A stretch of DNA of 64,000 bases from Eledone cirrhosa (Eukaryota). Both the position numbers and the translations under genes were made by a program. The stretch spans positions 145,018,001 through 145,082,000 of the forward strand of contig OZ024741.1 of the NCBI GenBank assembly GCA_964016885.1. Direction: 5' to 3'. The notes below the pieces were generated by a model, which saw nothing but the letters and a program-made list of their open reading frames with translations, did no database searches and had not been told where the DNA came from. Positions 25,986 to 38,077 of the stretch are shown one piece after another. The stretch's first letter is position 1, and every line of letters begins with the position of its first letter.

Positions 25986-26221
25986 TATTTCGCATGCCTC
26001 ATCATTGATGTGCTTAATATATATATATATATATATTGGTAAACGGAATAGAAAATGCTGACAAATTGTTCACAGTGAAAAATAGTTTAATTAGGAATAA
26101 ATGAGAATTAGTAATTGTATTGGTTAGTAATCAGTTTTGGTTTTAAGTTTTACCGGTTGCGCATTTCTAAATGCTTTTCAAAAATAATTTTGAGATAGAG
26201 TGTCCGTGATGTTTGCTCTGA

Positions 26222-26300
<79 letters not shown>

Positions 26301-27147
26301 GAATCGGAAATAGCATGGAAAATATATTTAAGGGTTTGTTTTTCTCTTTTTTCCTTTCTTTGATTTATCAAAGTGACATTATTGAAAAAATGAGAGGGAA
26401 AATTCTTTTAAAGAGTTTTATAATGTATATAGAGTATAAACGGTTTCGATGTATTAGTAAAATTCAACTTATCAAATGTTGAGAATTACAATTAAAAAGA
26501 ATTAATAAGTATTAAAAACTTAAAATTAAAGATTTAAATTTAAGTGTTGAGGCAAGTTTTTTTTACATCTTCCTTGTTGAAAAGAAGACTGGAAAAATGA
26601 ACTCTTGTGCATATAGAGAGAGGTGTAGTCATGGCAGTAGCAGCAGCAGTGATGGTAGTTATGTTTTTTCACACAGAACAAAATTGTTTTTAGGGAGAAA
26701 GAGATATTCTGTAAATATGTGTGTGTATCTCAATTGTGTTAATGGACTGGTCAAGAGTTCAGATGGGGGTGGTGAAGAGGGGATTTGTAAGCTAGAGACA
26801 AATTCTATGGGCTTGGCAAAAGTAGGGTTGTAAAAGGAATGCATATATATGTATGCATGTGTATATGTATGTAAGTATGAACATGTTACTATGTGAATGT
26901 GAGTATATGTATTTTGTAGAGGGGTGCAAATATGTTTTAGAGAGAGTGAGTGTGTACATATGAGAGTGTATATATATAAAAATACACACATGTGTGTGTG
27001 TGTGCGTGTGTGTGTGTGTGTACTTCAGCTTGTCTGTCACAGGTCCCTTTGTAGTGGAAAATTAAAAGGAACAGAGCATATAAATTTTATGTTAATTTTG
27101 TTAGCACATATATATATATATATCATCATTTTTCATCATTTCATTTT

Positions 27148-28470
27148 ATCATCATCATCATCATCATCACCGTTTTACGTCCGTTCTTCCACGCTAGCAT
27201 GGGTTAGACGGGTTGTCCTGTTGTGGGCAGTGTCTGGTCGGCTGACCATGCCTTGCTCATCTGGCTTGATTTCTACAGCTGGATGCCCTTCCTAACACCA
27301 ACCTCATTTACAGTGAGTGCTGGGTGCTTTTTCGTGGCGCCTACACGTCCACTTTACAGTGTGGGCTGGGTGCTTTTTTGCCGTGGCACCTCCACGACCA
27401 CCTTGCGGTGGGGGGAGTGGGGGCATATTGTTTATATGCTTCAGCATGTACCCATGGGAGGTCGGGTACCCTGTATTACTGCGTGACGCCAGAAGTCACG
27501 GTCGTGTGTCATTGTCTTTGAGAGGTGTAGTTGGGTAAGGTCGGCTTTTATCACCTCATCCCAAGTCATCTTGGGTCTCCCCACTCCGCGGTTTCCATCA
27601 ACTTCTAGTGCTCTGCACCTTTTTATGCAGCTGTCATCCTTCATACGCATCACATGTCCATACCAGCGTAACCGCCTCTCTTGCACGCAGCATTTGATTC
27701 CTCTTATGCTCAGTCTCTCTCTCAATTCCTTTATGCTTTGTCGTTCACGTATATTACTGTTACACATCCATCGGAGCATGCAGGCTTCGTTTCTCTCTAA
27801 TCTACGTAAGTCTTCCACCTTCAGCGCCCAGGTCTCACTACCATGCAACATCGCTGTTCGGATACACGCATCATACAGTCTGCCTTTCATTCTGAGGGAG
27901 AAGCCTTTTGCAGCTAGCAGTGGTAGTAGTTCCCTAAACTTCTTCCATCCCGTTCTTACCCTAGTTATTGTACTTTCTGAGCACCCACCTCCGTTGCTAA
28001 TTCGGTCACCTAGGTAGCAGAAGCTGTCTACTGTTTCTACAGGGCCCTCCCAGAGATTGGTGGTACTTGTTTCCTGTGGCTGTTTGCTTGCTGTTTCAGC
28101 ACAGCTGCTGCATGTGAATCCTACATTCTTAATTAAGCTTCCTGAGATCCCACTACATCTCTTGTGTACCCATTGTTTGCATTCGGGGCAGAGAATGGAG
28201 TTCCTACCTACACCTTTCCTACATACTGAGCAAGGCCATTTCCCTGAGGGGATCTGGGTTCTGTTTTCTCGTCTACTTACAAGGACCTTAGTCTTTGTCA
28301 TGTTGACTTTGAGGCCCTTTCTCTCTAGTCCCTGCTTCCAGGTTTGGAATTTATTCTCTAGTTCTACCATAAATTCAGCTATGAGTGCGAGGTCATCAGC
28401 ATACAGGAGTTCCCATGGGCATCCGGTCTTAAACTCCTCCGTTATTGCCTGCAGGACTATGATGAACAGG
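27148..28470 (-). mobile_element. RTE LINE family A, 5'-truncated
   Basis: Open frame from YADDL through PHD to the C-terminus; near-identical to 37789-39107; (GAT)n tail. Confidence 0.95.
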
Positions 28471-28550
28471 ATAATATATACATACATAAATATATGCATA
28501 CTTGTATCACATGCATATTCATATATACATTCATAGATATATATGCAGAC

Positions 28551-28633
<83 letters not shown>

Positions 28634-29120
28634 GCAGTAAGTATATATATATATATATAGATAAAGAGACAGATAGCTAGACAGCTAGATTACATATCTA
28701 ATTATTTGAATTAGTATGTGCTATGCTAGTATTAACCAGATTCCATCATGTCAGCTCCTCCTCTGGATATATTATTCCCAAATGTTATTATTCTGGTGCA
28801 TTATTCAGTTTAAAATCTTTGTTGCCAATCAATAGTTTGCTAATCTGTTTTTCTGACCAGAAAACAAAGCGGCATGAGAAATTCTCACTCTGTAACAGTG
28901 AAGAATATAAGAATATACCATCCACTTGGTATGAACTTCTAATAATTGGCTGCCATCACACAGACAGAAAAAAAAAATGAATAGAATAAAATAAAATATA
29001 AAAAGGATAAAGATAAATAAATTAAAAAAAACAACAAATGAAAAGTCTGTGATTTGTAATATCATATGAATACTTAATATACTTGTATACACCCCTCACC
29101 CACCATATATATATAAATAT

Positions 29121-29171
<51 letters not shown>

Positions 29172-29174
29172 AAT

Positions 29175-29205
<31 letters not shown>

Positions 29206-29317
29206 AATATATATATAAATATAAATATATATATCAATATATATATATATATAAATATATATATAAATATATATAAATGTATATATAAATATATATAAAT
29301 GTATATATAAATATATA

Positions 29318-29635
29318 GACAAGTTGCGAAAGAAACTGAGAATAAGAGGAATAAGATGTGGTGTGCAGGAGAGAAGGCTGAGATGGTATGGACATGTGAT
29401 GCGCATGGAGGATGACCGCTGGGTAGAGAAGTGCCAAGAAATGCCAGTAGAAGGAAGAGACAGTAGAGGTAGACCACGAGAAACATAGGCGGAGGTGGTG
29501 AGAGCAGACCTCAGATTGCTTAAACTCACCAAGGAGATGACGAAGGACCGTAACAAGTTGAGAGATGCTGTGCTGAATAGGACCTGTCTAACCCTTGCAA
29601 GCAGGGAAAAGCGGACGTAAAATGATGATGCTGAT
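29318..29635 (+). mobile_element. RTE family B 3' fragment
   Basis: [16 protein letters not shown] and the GCAAGCAGGGAAAAGCGGACGTAAAATGATG end. Confidence 0.88.
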
Positions 29636-29784
29636 ATATATATAAATCATATATATATATATATAAATCATATAAACATAGGCGGAAGAACTCATAAGAG
29701 TCAACGGCCATCCCAAAAAGTGTAAATATGTATATACACGTGTACATATGTATGTGTATGTGTGTGCATGTGTATATGCCTGGG

Positions 29785-30525
29785 GTGTTAGGAAGGGGCA
29801 TGTACCTCTGTAGAGGGAGCTATCCATGCCCTTTTCAGGACAGCTCGTCCTGCATTGGGTCCTACCTGTCACTCAGCTCTCACCTGTGGCCCCAAGAAGC
29901 TGTAGCATGTGACAGTGGCCACACCCTGGTAAACCGCCTTGGCTGGCGGGCAGAACCAGGTTGAGGGTAGCCGGATGGATCTGAAAACCCCCGGTGAGTT
30001 AGATAGGGGATGCCTGCCCATACATGGGAAGACTGGACCCGGCAGAGTGAGGGGAGGAGGGCAACATCATCCCAATGGTCACGAAGGCGGCGACAGCAAG
30101 CGGTGTGGAGCGCTAGGGCACGGCAAGGCACTACAGACGTTGTGGCCATCCACTGTAGCCAAGGAACTCCCTGGTCGTGACAGTCCTCCATACCACCGGA
30201 TTCTGGCTTCTGCGGCCGAGTGAGTGGGACCGTCACTGTGCACTGGCCTTCCCTCTATAAACCTTTCCTGCACAGGTTTCTTCTTTAGCATGCACTCCCA
30301 AAGCCCTGCAGCAATGTGTGAAAGGTGAAGGTAACAGGTGGTCACTGAGGCCTGTGAAAGGAGGAGAAAGGCATCAGCAGCTGCCCCAAGTGACTCCGGT
30401 CTCTTCCTCTACCCCCACTGTCCCTGGACCTGCAAGTCAAGGATCGGCCTCCACAGCCACCTTCGTGCCCACGGCAGACGGGAACAACAATGAAGAAGAT
30501 CTCATCATCGTTTATGATGGACAAC
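29785..30525 (+). mobile_element. GC-rich structured segment, probable 5' leader of a non-LTR element
   Basis: GC-rich island between (TA)n tracts with nested stems and no recognisable domain. Confidence 0.35.
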
Positions 30526-30740
30526 CAAGAGATATACATATATTATATATATATATATATATATATAGTAATAATAATAAATTTGAAGACTAAAATAAAT
30601 ATATATATATATAAATATATATATATATAAATTACATATATATATATTTTGTGTATATGTTGGTTGTATACCAACACCTCAGTATGCAGATTGGAGCACT
30701 CGACGAAGTGCGCAGGCTGGTTTGGTTAATCCGTAGTAAT

Positions 30741-31093
30741 GTAAAATAAAATAAAATAAATAAGTGAAATGTTTAAAGTTTGGCTTCGTTTATTACTGCT
30801 ATATATATTTCTGTGACAGCAATCTTTGGCTGTGACCTCCTCAGGCAGTCCGAATTAGTGTGGTAGAGACGAGTACACATGTTGTTGAGGTGTATATAAC
30901 AACCCAACCAGGAACTGGGCATATCAGAGTATTGACAAAGTTATACACCTCAACATGTGTACTCGTCTCTACCACACTAATTCGGACTGCCTGAGGAGGT
31001 CACAGCCAAAGATTGCTGTCACTGAAATATATATAGCAGTAATAAACGAAGCCAAATTTTAAACATTTGACTTATTTATTTTATTTTATTTTA
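30741..31093. repeat. ~155-bp inverted repeat with 39-nt spacer, each arm carrying an HHR
   Basis: 30741-30900 is the reverse complement of 30940-31093 with few differences. Confidence 0.93.
30986..31040 (+). ncRNA. Minimal type I hammerhead ribozyme (mirror copy 30795-30849, minus strand)
   Basis: ACTGC-CTGAGGA-GGTCACAGC caaagatt GCTGTCACT-GAAA-TATATA-TA-GCAGT. Confidence 0.8.
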
Positions 31094-31114
31094 TATATAT
31101 ATATATATATATAA

Positions 31115-31181
<67 letters not shown>

Positions 31182-31280
31182 TATATATATATATAAGTAT
31201 ATATATAAGTATATATATATATATATATATATAAGTATATATATAAGTATATATATATATATATATAAGTATATATATAA

Positions 31281-31347
<67 letters not shown>

Positions 31348-32981
31348 TATAATATAATATTTATGCTGTCAGTCAATAAAATGGTTATTTTTATCATATT
31401 ATTTCAATGAATTTTCTTCCTAATAATAAAATTTGATGATATTTTTTCCTTCAGCTTTGGACAGACTATTAAATCTGTATCCCTTTATATTTAATGTAAG
31501 AAAATATTCAATTTATTTATAAAATTTCAAAGTATCAAAGGCAATATGTTTTTTTTTTATATTCTTATTAATATTATAGTAATATTGTATTATATATTAT
31601 ATTATATAATATAGCTTCAGTTCAATCTGAGTGTTAAAAATAAACGACAAAGTCAGTTATCTGCCATCAACACCAAATATGACAAAATGCTTCATTTGCC
31701 CATATAAGTTAATAAAATTTGAAGTTTTTATGCTGCAAATTTTATTATATATCACCACCATCACCAATGTCATAGTCATCACCATTATCATCACCATCAT
31801 CTTCATCACTACCACAACCACTACTAGCAGAGATAGAAGCAGCAGCAACAGCACTGCCATTACCACTGCCACCACCAGTGGTAGTACCAGTACTGCCACC
31901 ACCACCTTAAACAACTAGAATAGCAACATCAACACAAAAAACACTAACACCACCACTGCCACCACCATCATCATAATTATTTATACATTTGATCTTTATT
32001 GCAGGTTTCCTAAAGCTGGATGGGCCTCTTGAGACATCAACATGTTAAGTATGGTACTTACATACTTCACATGTTAAATATAGCACATACCATCAAACAG
32101 GACATATTGTTTATAGAGGACATAAACAATTACTGGCATGAAGTACATTATAGTCTATATAGAATTTTGCATGATGCTCATTTGCTGGAGATGCTCATTT
32201 GCATATAGTGCAAGCTTGACTGGTTATATTTAATTGGTGGTAGCAGTAACACAGTGTTTAAACATAATAGAGGTGTACATACCTGTACATTTTGAGTGAG
32301 TGTCACTTTTGAAAGATTAACAAATCTCGAAACAGCACTATATGACATTCTCAAAACATACTGGGAAATCTATGATAAATTCATAAAGGGAAATAGAGAA
32401 AAATAATTTTTTTTTGTTTTGTTATGAAAAATTATTTTTTGGGGGCAGTGAAGCTTACCATAAGTTTATTTTATATAAATTTATTATATAATTTTTCATA
32501 TATACTTCTAATATATACATATATTAGAGGTGTCAATAGCAGTCACAAAACTTGCTTCTGTGTGGACTGGACAATACCAGCTATCAGTAGGAGTACCAGT
32601 TGATAAATGCTTCATATTCCTAGTTTGCAAAAAATCAATTTTCAATACTGGTGGTTGGCAGATTTTTTGGAAGTCAAAAATTAAGTATGTTGGTCAACAT
32701 AAAAATTTTGGTCCAGGTGATGTGAAGAAGTGTAAGTATCCCAACTCTTTCTTAATTTAACCATTGGAATTCTTAAATTTCTTTGATTGTTCTCCACTTG
32801 TTTGCACTATATGGGTGCTGCTTTCTTATAAACGAATCAATATGATGTGCTCTGAAGTGAATTATCCACCCACGTGATTTATATCTCATTCAGCAGTTTA
32901 TAGGAAACAAGATCAGAAAATTGTGTTGGTTTTTGTGCCTCTGGCATTAACTCGATCTAAATTCCTCACTATATATAATTG

Positions 32982-33230
32982 TTTCAACTTATTGTTTCTA
33001 CTTTTTGTTTCTACTTTTTGTTTCTACTTTTTGTTTCTACGTTTCAACTTATTGTTTTTACTTTTTGGCACAAGGCCAACAATTACCCAATGCATCACTG
33101 GTACTTTATTTTATTGACCCCGTAAGGATGAAAGGCAAAGTTAACCTCGGCGGCTTTCGAACTCAGAATGGCAAGGGCCGTAACTCTATGCGTCAATGCA
33201 TAGCGTCCGACCCTCTACCGATACTGCGAC
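32982..33230 (-). mobile_element. tRNA-derived SINE with tandemly slipped tail
   Basis: Same family as 20650-21025; repeated TTTCTACTTTTTG units at 32982-33066. Confidence 0.85.
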
Positions 33231-33639
33231 CATACGTAAGTGGGATACAGACCTTCTTGACCTGTCTGGGACATCAGTGGCCTCATTTAAGTACTGACTT
33301 GGTTATATAGACCCATCCAACTCTTGCGAGCAGGGAAAGGGGTCATTAAATGATTATGAGGATTATATATTTAAGTATGAAAGTATATGTGTGCGTGTGT
33401 GCACATAAGTGTATATATATATACATATATATACATAATATATATACACACACATGTAAATCTACACATATATAAGCATAATCCTATATTATGGAGAGAT
33501 TTTTGCATCTCTACTTTAAACGATTATATATTGAAATAGAAAATCTTAAAAAGTACAAAAAAATATTGAGATAAAAAATAAGAATAAATTTTCACCAGTT
33601 CATGTGAAAAAACAAAGCTAGAAGTAGCAATAAATAAAA

Positions 33640-35235
33640 CATCCTTTTGAAGGATAAAATAAGAAAATATGTTCATGGTGTTACGTACCTGCTTCTTAAA
33701 CGTGGTGGGTACTTCCTTCTGCACAAGCTATCACGCTTTTTCCAATTCTGTCTGAACAACGGTGCTACTCCTAACAGTGGAAAACTGCTAGTGTTATTCC
33801 TCTGTTCAAAAAGAGTGACCACACATCACCTGTCAACTATCGTCCAGTCAGTCTTACTAGTTGCATTGCCAAACTGATGGAATCCTGTGTCAGAGAAACA
33901 CTTTGGAACTCTCACAGTCTTATCCGGCCCTCGCAATTTGGATTTATCCCCAACTCCAGCTGCTGTGATCAACTTATCGAGTTTCTTGAAGACATCACCC
34001 GGATCACTAATGGCGGCTCATTGGTGGATGTTGTTTACCTTGACTTTGCTAAAGCTTTCAATTCTGTGCCACACAAAAGGCTTATGGCAAAACTCTCTGC
34101 AATGGGTGTGAAGGATGATCTTTTTAACTGGTTGAAATCCTTCATTCTCAGTCGAAGAGAGGTAGTCACGGTTCTGGGACAGCATTCCTCACCATATGAG
34201 ATGTCATCTGGTGTACCACAGGGATCTCTTCTTGGCCTCCTTTTGTTTGTGGCATTTATTACTTACATAGATGCCAACTTAAAGAGTGCCACAGTACTAA
34301 AGTACGCAGATGACATCAAGCTGTACCTTGAGATAAAAAGGACAGATCCTGAACACTATAGATCTTGCTTGCAGTCTGACCTGGACACAATGCAACAATG
34401 GATCTCAGACTGGCAACTCAAGCCAGCTGTGGACAAGTGCACCACCATGCATTTTGGGAGTAAAAACCCAGCGTCCACATACTCCCTCCACAGCACTAAT
34501 ATCAAGAAGTCTTCTTGTGAACGTGACCTGGGCACGTCTCTAAAATTGTCAAGAGGGCCTAGGGTGTCTTAGCATCACTCAGCAAGACCTTTGTCAGCCA
34601 CTCTCCAGCTATCTATTTAAGGCTGTACATGGCTATGGTGCATCTACACTTAGAATTAGCATCACCAGTCTGGAACCCCTATCTTGCTCAGCACATTGAC
34701 CTCCTGGAAACTGTTCAGAGACGTGCAACCAAGCGAATACCCTCCATCAGGCATCTACCATACTATGAACGCCTTGCTTCCCTGGGCATGGATACATTGA
34801 AGCTCCGACACCTGGCAACTGACTTGGTAAACACCCACAAAAATTGTTAACCATCTTGCCAACAACAACCCTGAGTACCTTTTTGATTTCCATGTGTCTA
34901 ACAGACGTGGGCATGCCCACACAGTCAGAAAACAGCACAGTTCCCATGACTTTCGGAAACATTTTTTCACGCTCAGAGTTGCTGAAGCATTGAACAAACT
35001 ACCTGCATCGGTTGTTAGCTGTCGAGACACTGCATCCTTTAAAACCTCCATGCTTCTCGAGATTCGCCAACACTACACCTAATGTTCCCCCTCCATACAC
35101 ATACACACATGTATATCATGACTCATACACTGTTCACTTCCCTGACATTTGTATATTATTCTATGTACTATACATGCACCTTTGATGAGTTGTAGTGCAC
35201 CTGAGCACTTTACACAATAATTTAATTATTATCAT

Positions 35236-35240
<5 letters not shown>
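33640..35240 (+). mobile_element. CR1-clade LINE, 5'-truncated and frameshifted
   Basis: NYRPVSLT, VDVVYLDFAKAFNSVPHKRL, SGVPQGS, YADDIKL, VQRRATK and RKHFFTLRV motifs. Confidence 0.9.
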
Positions 35241-35298
<58 letters not shown>

Positions 35299-35341
35299 GA
35301 TATTAAATAAATGGAAACTATATTTATAAAACCATATTTAT

Positions 35342-35396
35342 TCTATTATATATATTTCAAGGGTACCAAAACTTTGGTACGCTCTCATCAGATAAA
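35342..35396 (-). ncRNA. Minimal type I hammerhead ribozyme
   Basis: TTTAT-CTGATGA-GAGCGTACCAA agtt TTGGTACCCTT-GAAA-TATATA-TA-ATAGA. Confidence 0.8.
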
Positions 35397-35934
35397 ATAC
35401 AAAGTTTGTTTTATAAATATTGACATAACCAAGAAAAATACCTTAATGGTTCAAGTTTTTCCTGGATATACTAGTAATAGATATAAAGACCAAAATCCAA
35501 AGTGGATTTGATAAATGTTGTATATATATATAAGTACATGTAGAACAAATATTTATTATTAGTACAGATTAAAAGTTTTAGCCAACAATTTCTGTTTTCA
35601 CCCTAAGTGGGGTCATCTGAAACTGAGAAAATATCAATCTGATGCAGGAGTGAATATCTCAAAAATATTACGACCAAATATTGCCTTTAGAAAATAGAAA
35701 GACATAATGGTAGCATGTGAAGACGTTCTCTTGAGATGAGTGAAATGTATGCGAAGAGAATTATGTCATTAGGTAAAGGAGGAAGAAGAAATTCTTACTA
35801 TGAAAAATATCAGGAGAATAATGTTGTTTTTGGAATAATTTTCAGCTACCATATATTGAAAATGATATTGATTGTAGTAATATGATTAAATATAATGATA
35901 CTGAAGGTATTAATAATAGTAATAATAATAATTA

Positions 35935-36115
35935 TTTCTACTTTTGGCACAAGGCCAGCAATTATCCCAGTGCATTACTGGTACTTTATTTTATCGACCC
36001 CGTAAGGATGAAAGGCAAAGTTAACCCTGGCGGGATTTGAACTCAGACCATAAAGGGCCATAACTCTTTGCTGCAAAGCATGGCGTCCGACCCTCTACCG
36101 ATACTGCCAATCCAC
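35935..36115 (-). mobile_element. tRNA-derived SINE
   Basis: Full match to the SINE family; sits in (AAT)n. Confidence 0.9.
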
Positions 36116-36414
36116 CATACATAATGAACTAGATTTATGTACAGTGTCTTGTTTATATTAAGTAACAATAGAATGCAATGTACATGACTTCTTATTCTGC
36201 CAATATAATAATAATAATGAAAACTTAATAATAATAATGATTTCGAATTTAGGCTCATGCAAAAGTATGCACTGAAAGTTGTGTTAATGAAAATATAGTG
36301 TATGAAAATGATACACTCACATATACATATATAAGCATGTATACAAATGCATATGTATGTAAATATGTGCATATACACATACTCACATATTTACACATGT
36401 AGAATCAGTCAACT

Positions 36415-37220
36415 GTAATTTGCAGATGACATGATGTTACTTAACTTGACAGAAGGTGATCTCCGACTTGCACTCGATAGGTTTGATGCCAAGTGTGGCA
36501 TGGCTGGAAATCAGTGTTGTGAAAACTCAGATGCTTGTCTTCTCAAGGAAGCTTGTGCAGTGCACTCTACATGTAAATGGAGTTCCACTGAAGCATGTGG
36601 AGAAGTTTAAGTATCTTGGAGTCATGTTCAAGAATGATGGAAGGCAGGAGGCTGAATTAAGTGCAAGAATTGCAGGAGCTGATGCAATGATGCACCAGCT
36701 TCAACATTCAGTAATCAGAAGAAGGTAGGTAGGTGTAAAAGCCAAACTCGCTATCTTCAATTTGGTATTCATGCCAACCTTAACCTATGGTCATAAATCT
36801 TGGGTAATGACTGAGAGAATATGATCATGAATAGAAGCGGCTGAAATAGGGTTCCCCTGAAGGGTCCTTAGGGTAATGTTACTTGATAGAGTACGTAGCT
36901 CGGAGATCTGAGAGTCACTCTAGGTAGAGCTGCTACTTCTTTGAATTGAGAGATCACAGCTCCAATACTATGAGCATGTGGTTATAATGTCTCGGGAAAG
37001 AAACACTGAACAGATTTTACAGGCAAAACTAATCGGCAGGAAACCCAGGGTTAGACCCCGAGCAAGATGGTTAGATAATAGGCATGAGCTTCGCTGGTCT
37101 CACTTGGGGATCCAGCTGGATCAGTTGAAGACAGTTGCTTCTGACAGGACCAGCTGGAAGGAGTGTTTGAGGACACTGCAACCATGATACTCTCAGGAAT
37201 AAGTGGGAGAAGAAGAAGAT
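36415..37220 (+). mobile_element. Old RTE family E (no PHD), decayed 3' part
   Basis: FADD, LEISVVKTQMLV...VEKFKYLG and GRKPRVRPRARW motifs; GAA-rich tail. Confidence 0.8.
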
Positions 37221-37532
37221 AATCACTTGATTGTTTTTAGACTTTTCTCTGATGATTTATTTCTTCATCCATCTTCATTTCACTGTTATATTTAAAACAT
37301 TCATTCAAGCTCAGAGAATGAATTAAACCATTTTCCAGTTTATATTGTTGCATACACCTTAACATATCTTACATCAACTTATTTATTACTATTAAGATCT
37401 CAGAATAATAAATACTATATACAACCTGAATAAAGAGTTCTTTGAAATGTCTATTTTACATACACATCATCATTATCATCAACATCAACATGATCAAAAC
37501 CACCACCTTATACATATATGCATGTATGTATG

Positions 37533-37568
<36 letters not shown>

Positions 37569-37569
37569 G

Positions 37570-37685
37570 GAAAAAGTATGACCCCGACGGCAGAGCTCAA
37601 GCCATTTCGACGGCTATGCTATTTCTGGACTCCAGAAATAGCCATCGAAACGGCTTGAGCTCTGCCGTCGGGGTCATACTTTTTC
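37570..37685. repeat. Near-perfect 116-nt palindrome/hairpin
   Basis: GAAAAAGTATGACCCCGACGGCAGAGCTCAAGCC...GGCTTGAGCTCTGCCGTCGGGGTCATACTTTTTC; 1-nt spacer. Confidence 0.95.
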
Positions 37686-38077
37686 ATACTTCCCACTCTA
37701 CTACCCTAAGTATTGAGTACTCTGGTGCGTTATGGTCCATCTGGTTCCTTACCACAATTCCTTTGTTATATATATATATATATATATATCATCATCACCG
37801 TTTTACGTCCGTTCTTCCACGCTAGCATGGGTTAGACGGGTTGTCCTGTTGTGGGCAGTGTCTGGTCGGCTGACCATGCCTTGCTCATACAGGAACTGAT
37901 CTGGCTTGATTTCTACAGCTGGATGCCCTTCCTAACACCAACCTCATTTACAGTGAGTGCTGGGTGCTTTTTCGTGGCGCCTACACGTCCACTTTACAGT
38001 GTGGGCTGGGTGCTTTTTTGCCGTGGCACCTCCACGACCACCTTGCGGTGGGGGGGGGGGCATATTGTTTATATGCT

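Larger units (their letters stand above)
23020..26012 (-). mobile_element. Naiad-type Penelope-like element (second subfamily), 5'-truncated
   Basis: LKDHK...IRLICPSKSDIGK, FDIDEYYSSI, GIYRDD, CNCTYPDNCPLGNNC and GIY-YIG pieces at 24101-24541; 3' HHR. Confidence 0.92.

Noticed and set aside
26425-26485. HHR-like TTGATAA...GAAACCG on the minus strand
   Set aside because: Core has two mismatches and stem I does not pair.
31631-31980. Thr/Ser-rich ORFs
   Set aside because: Degenerate (CAC/CAT/CAG)n trinucleotide repeat.
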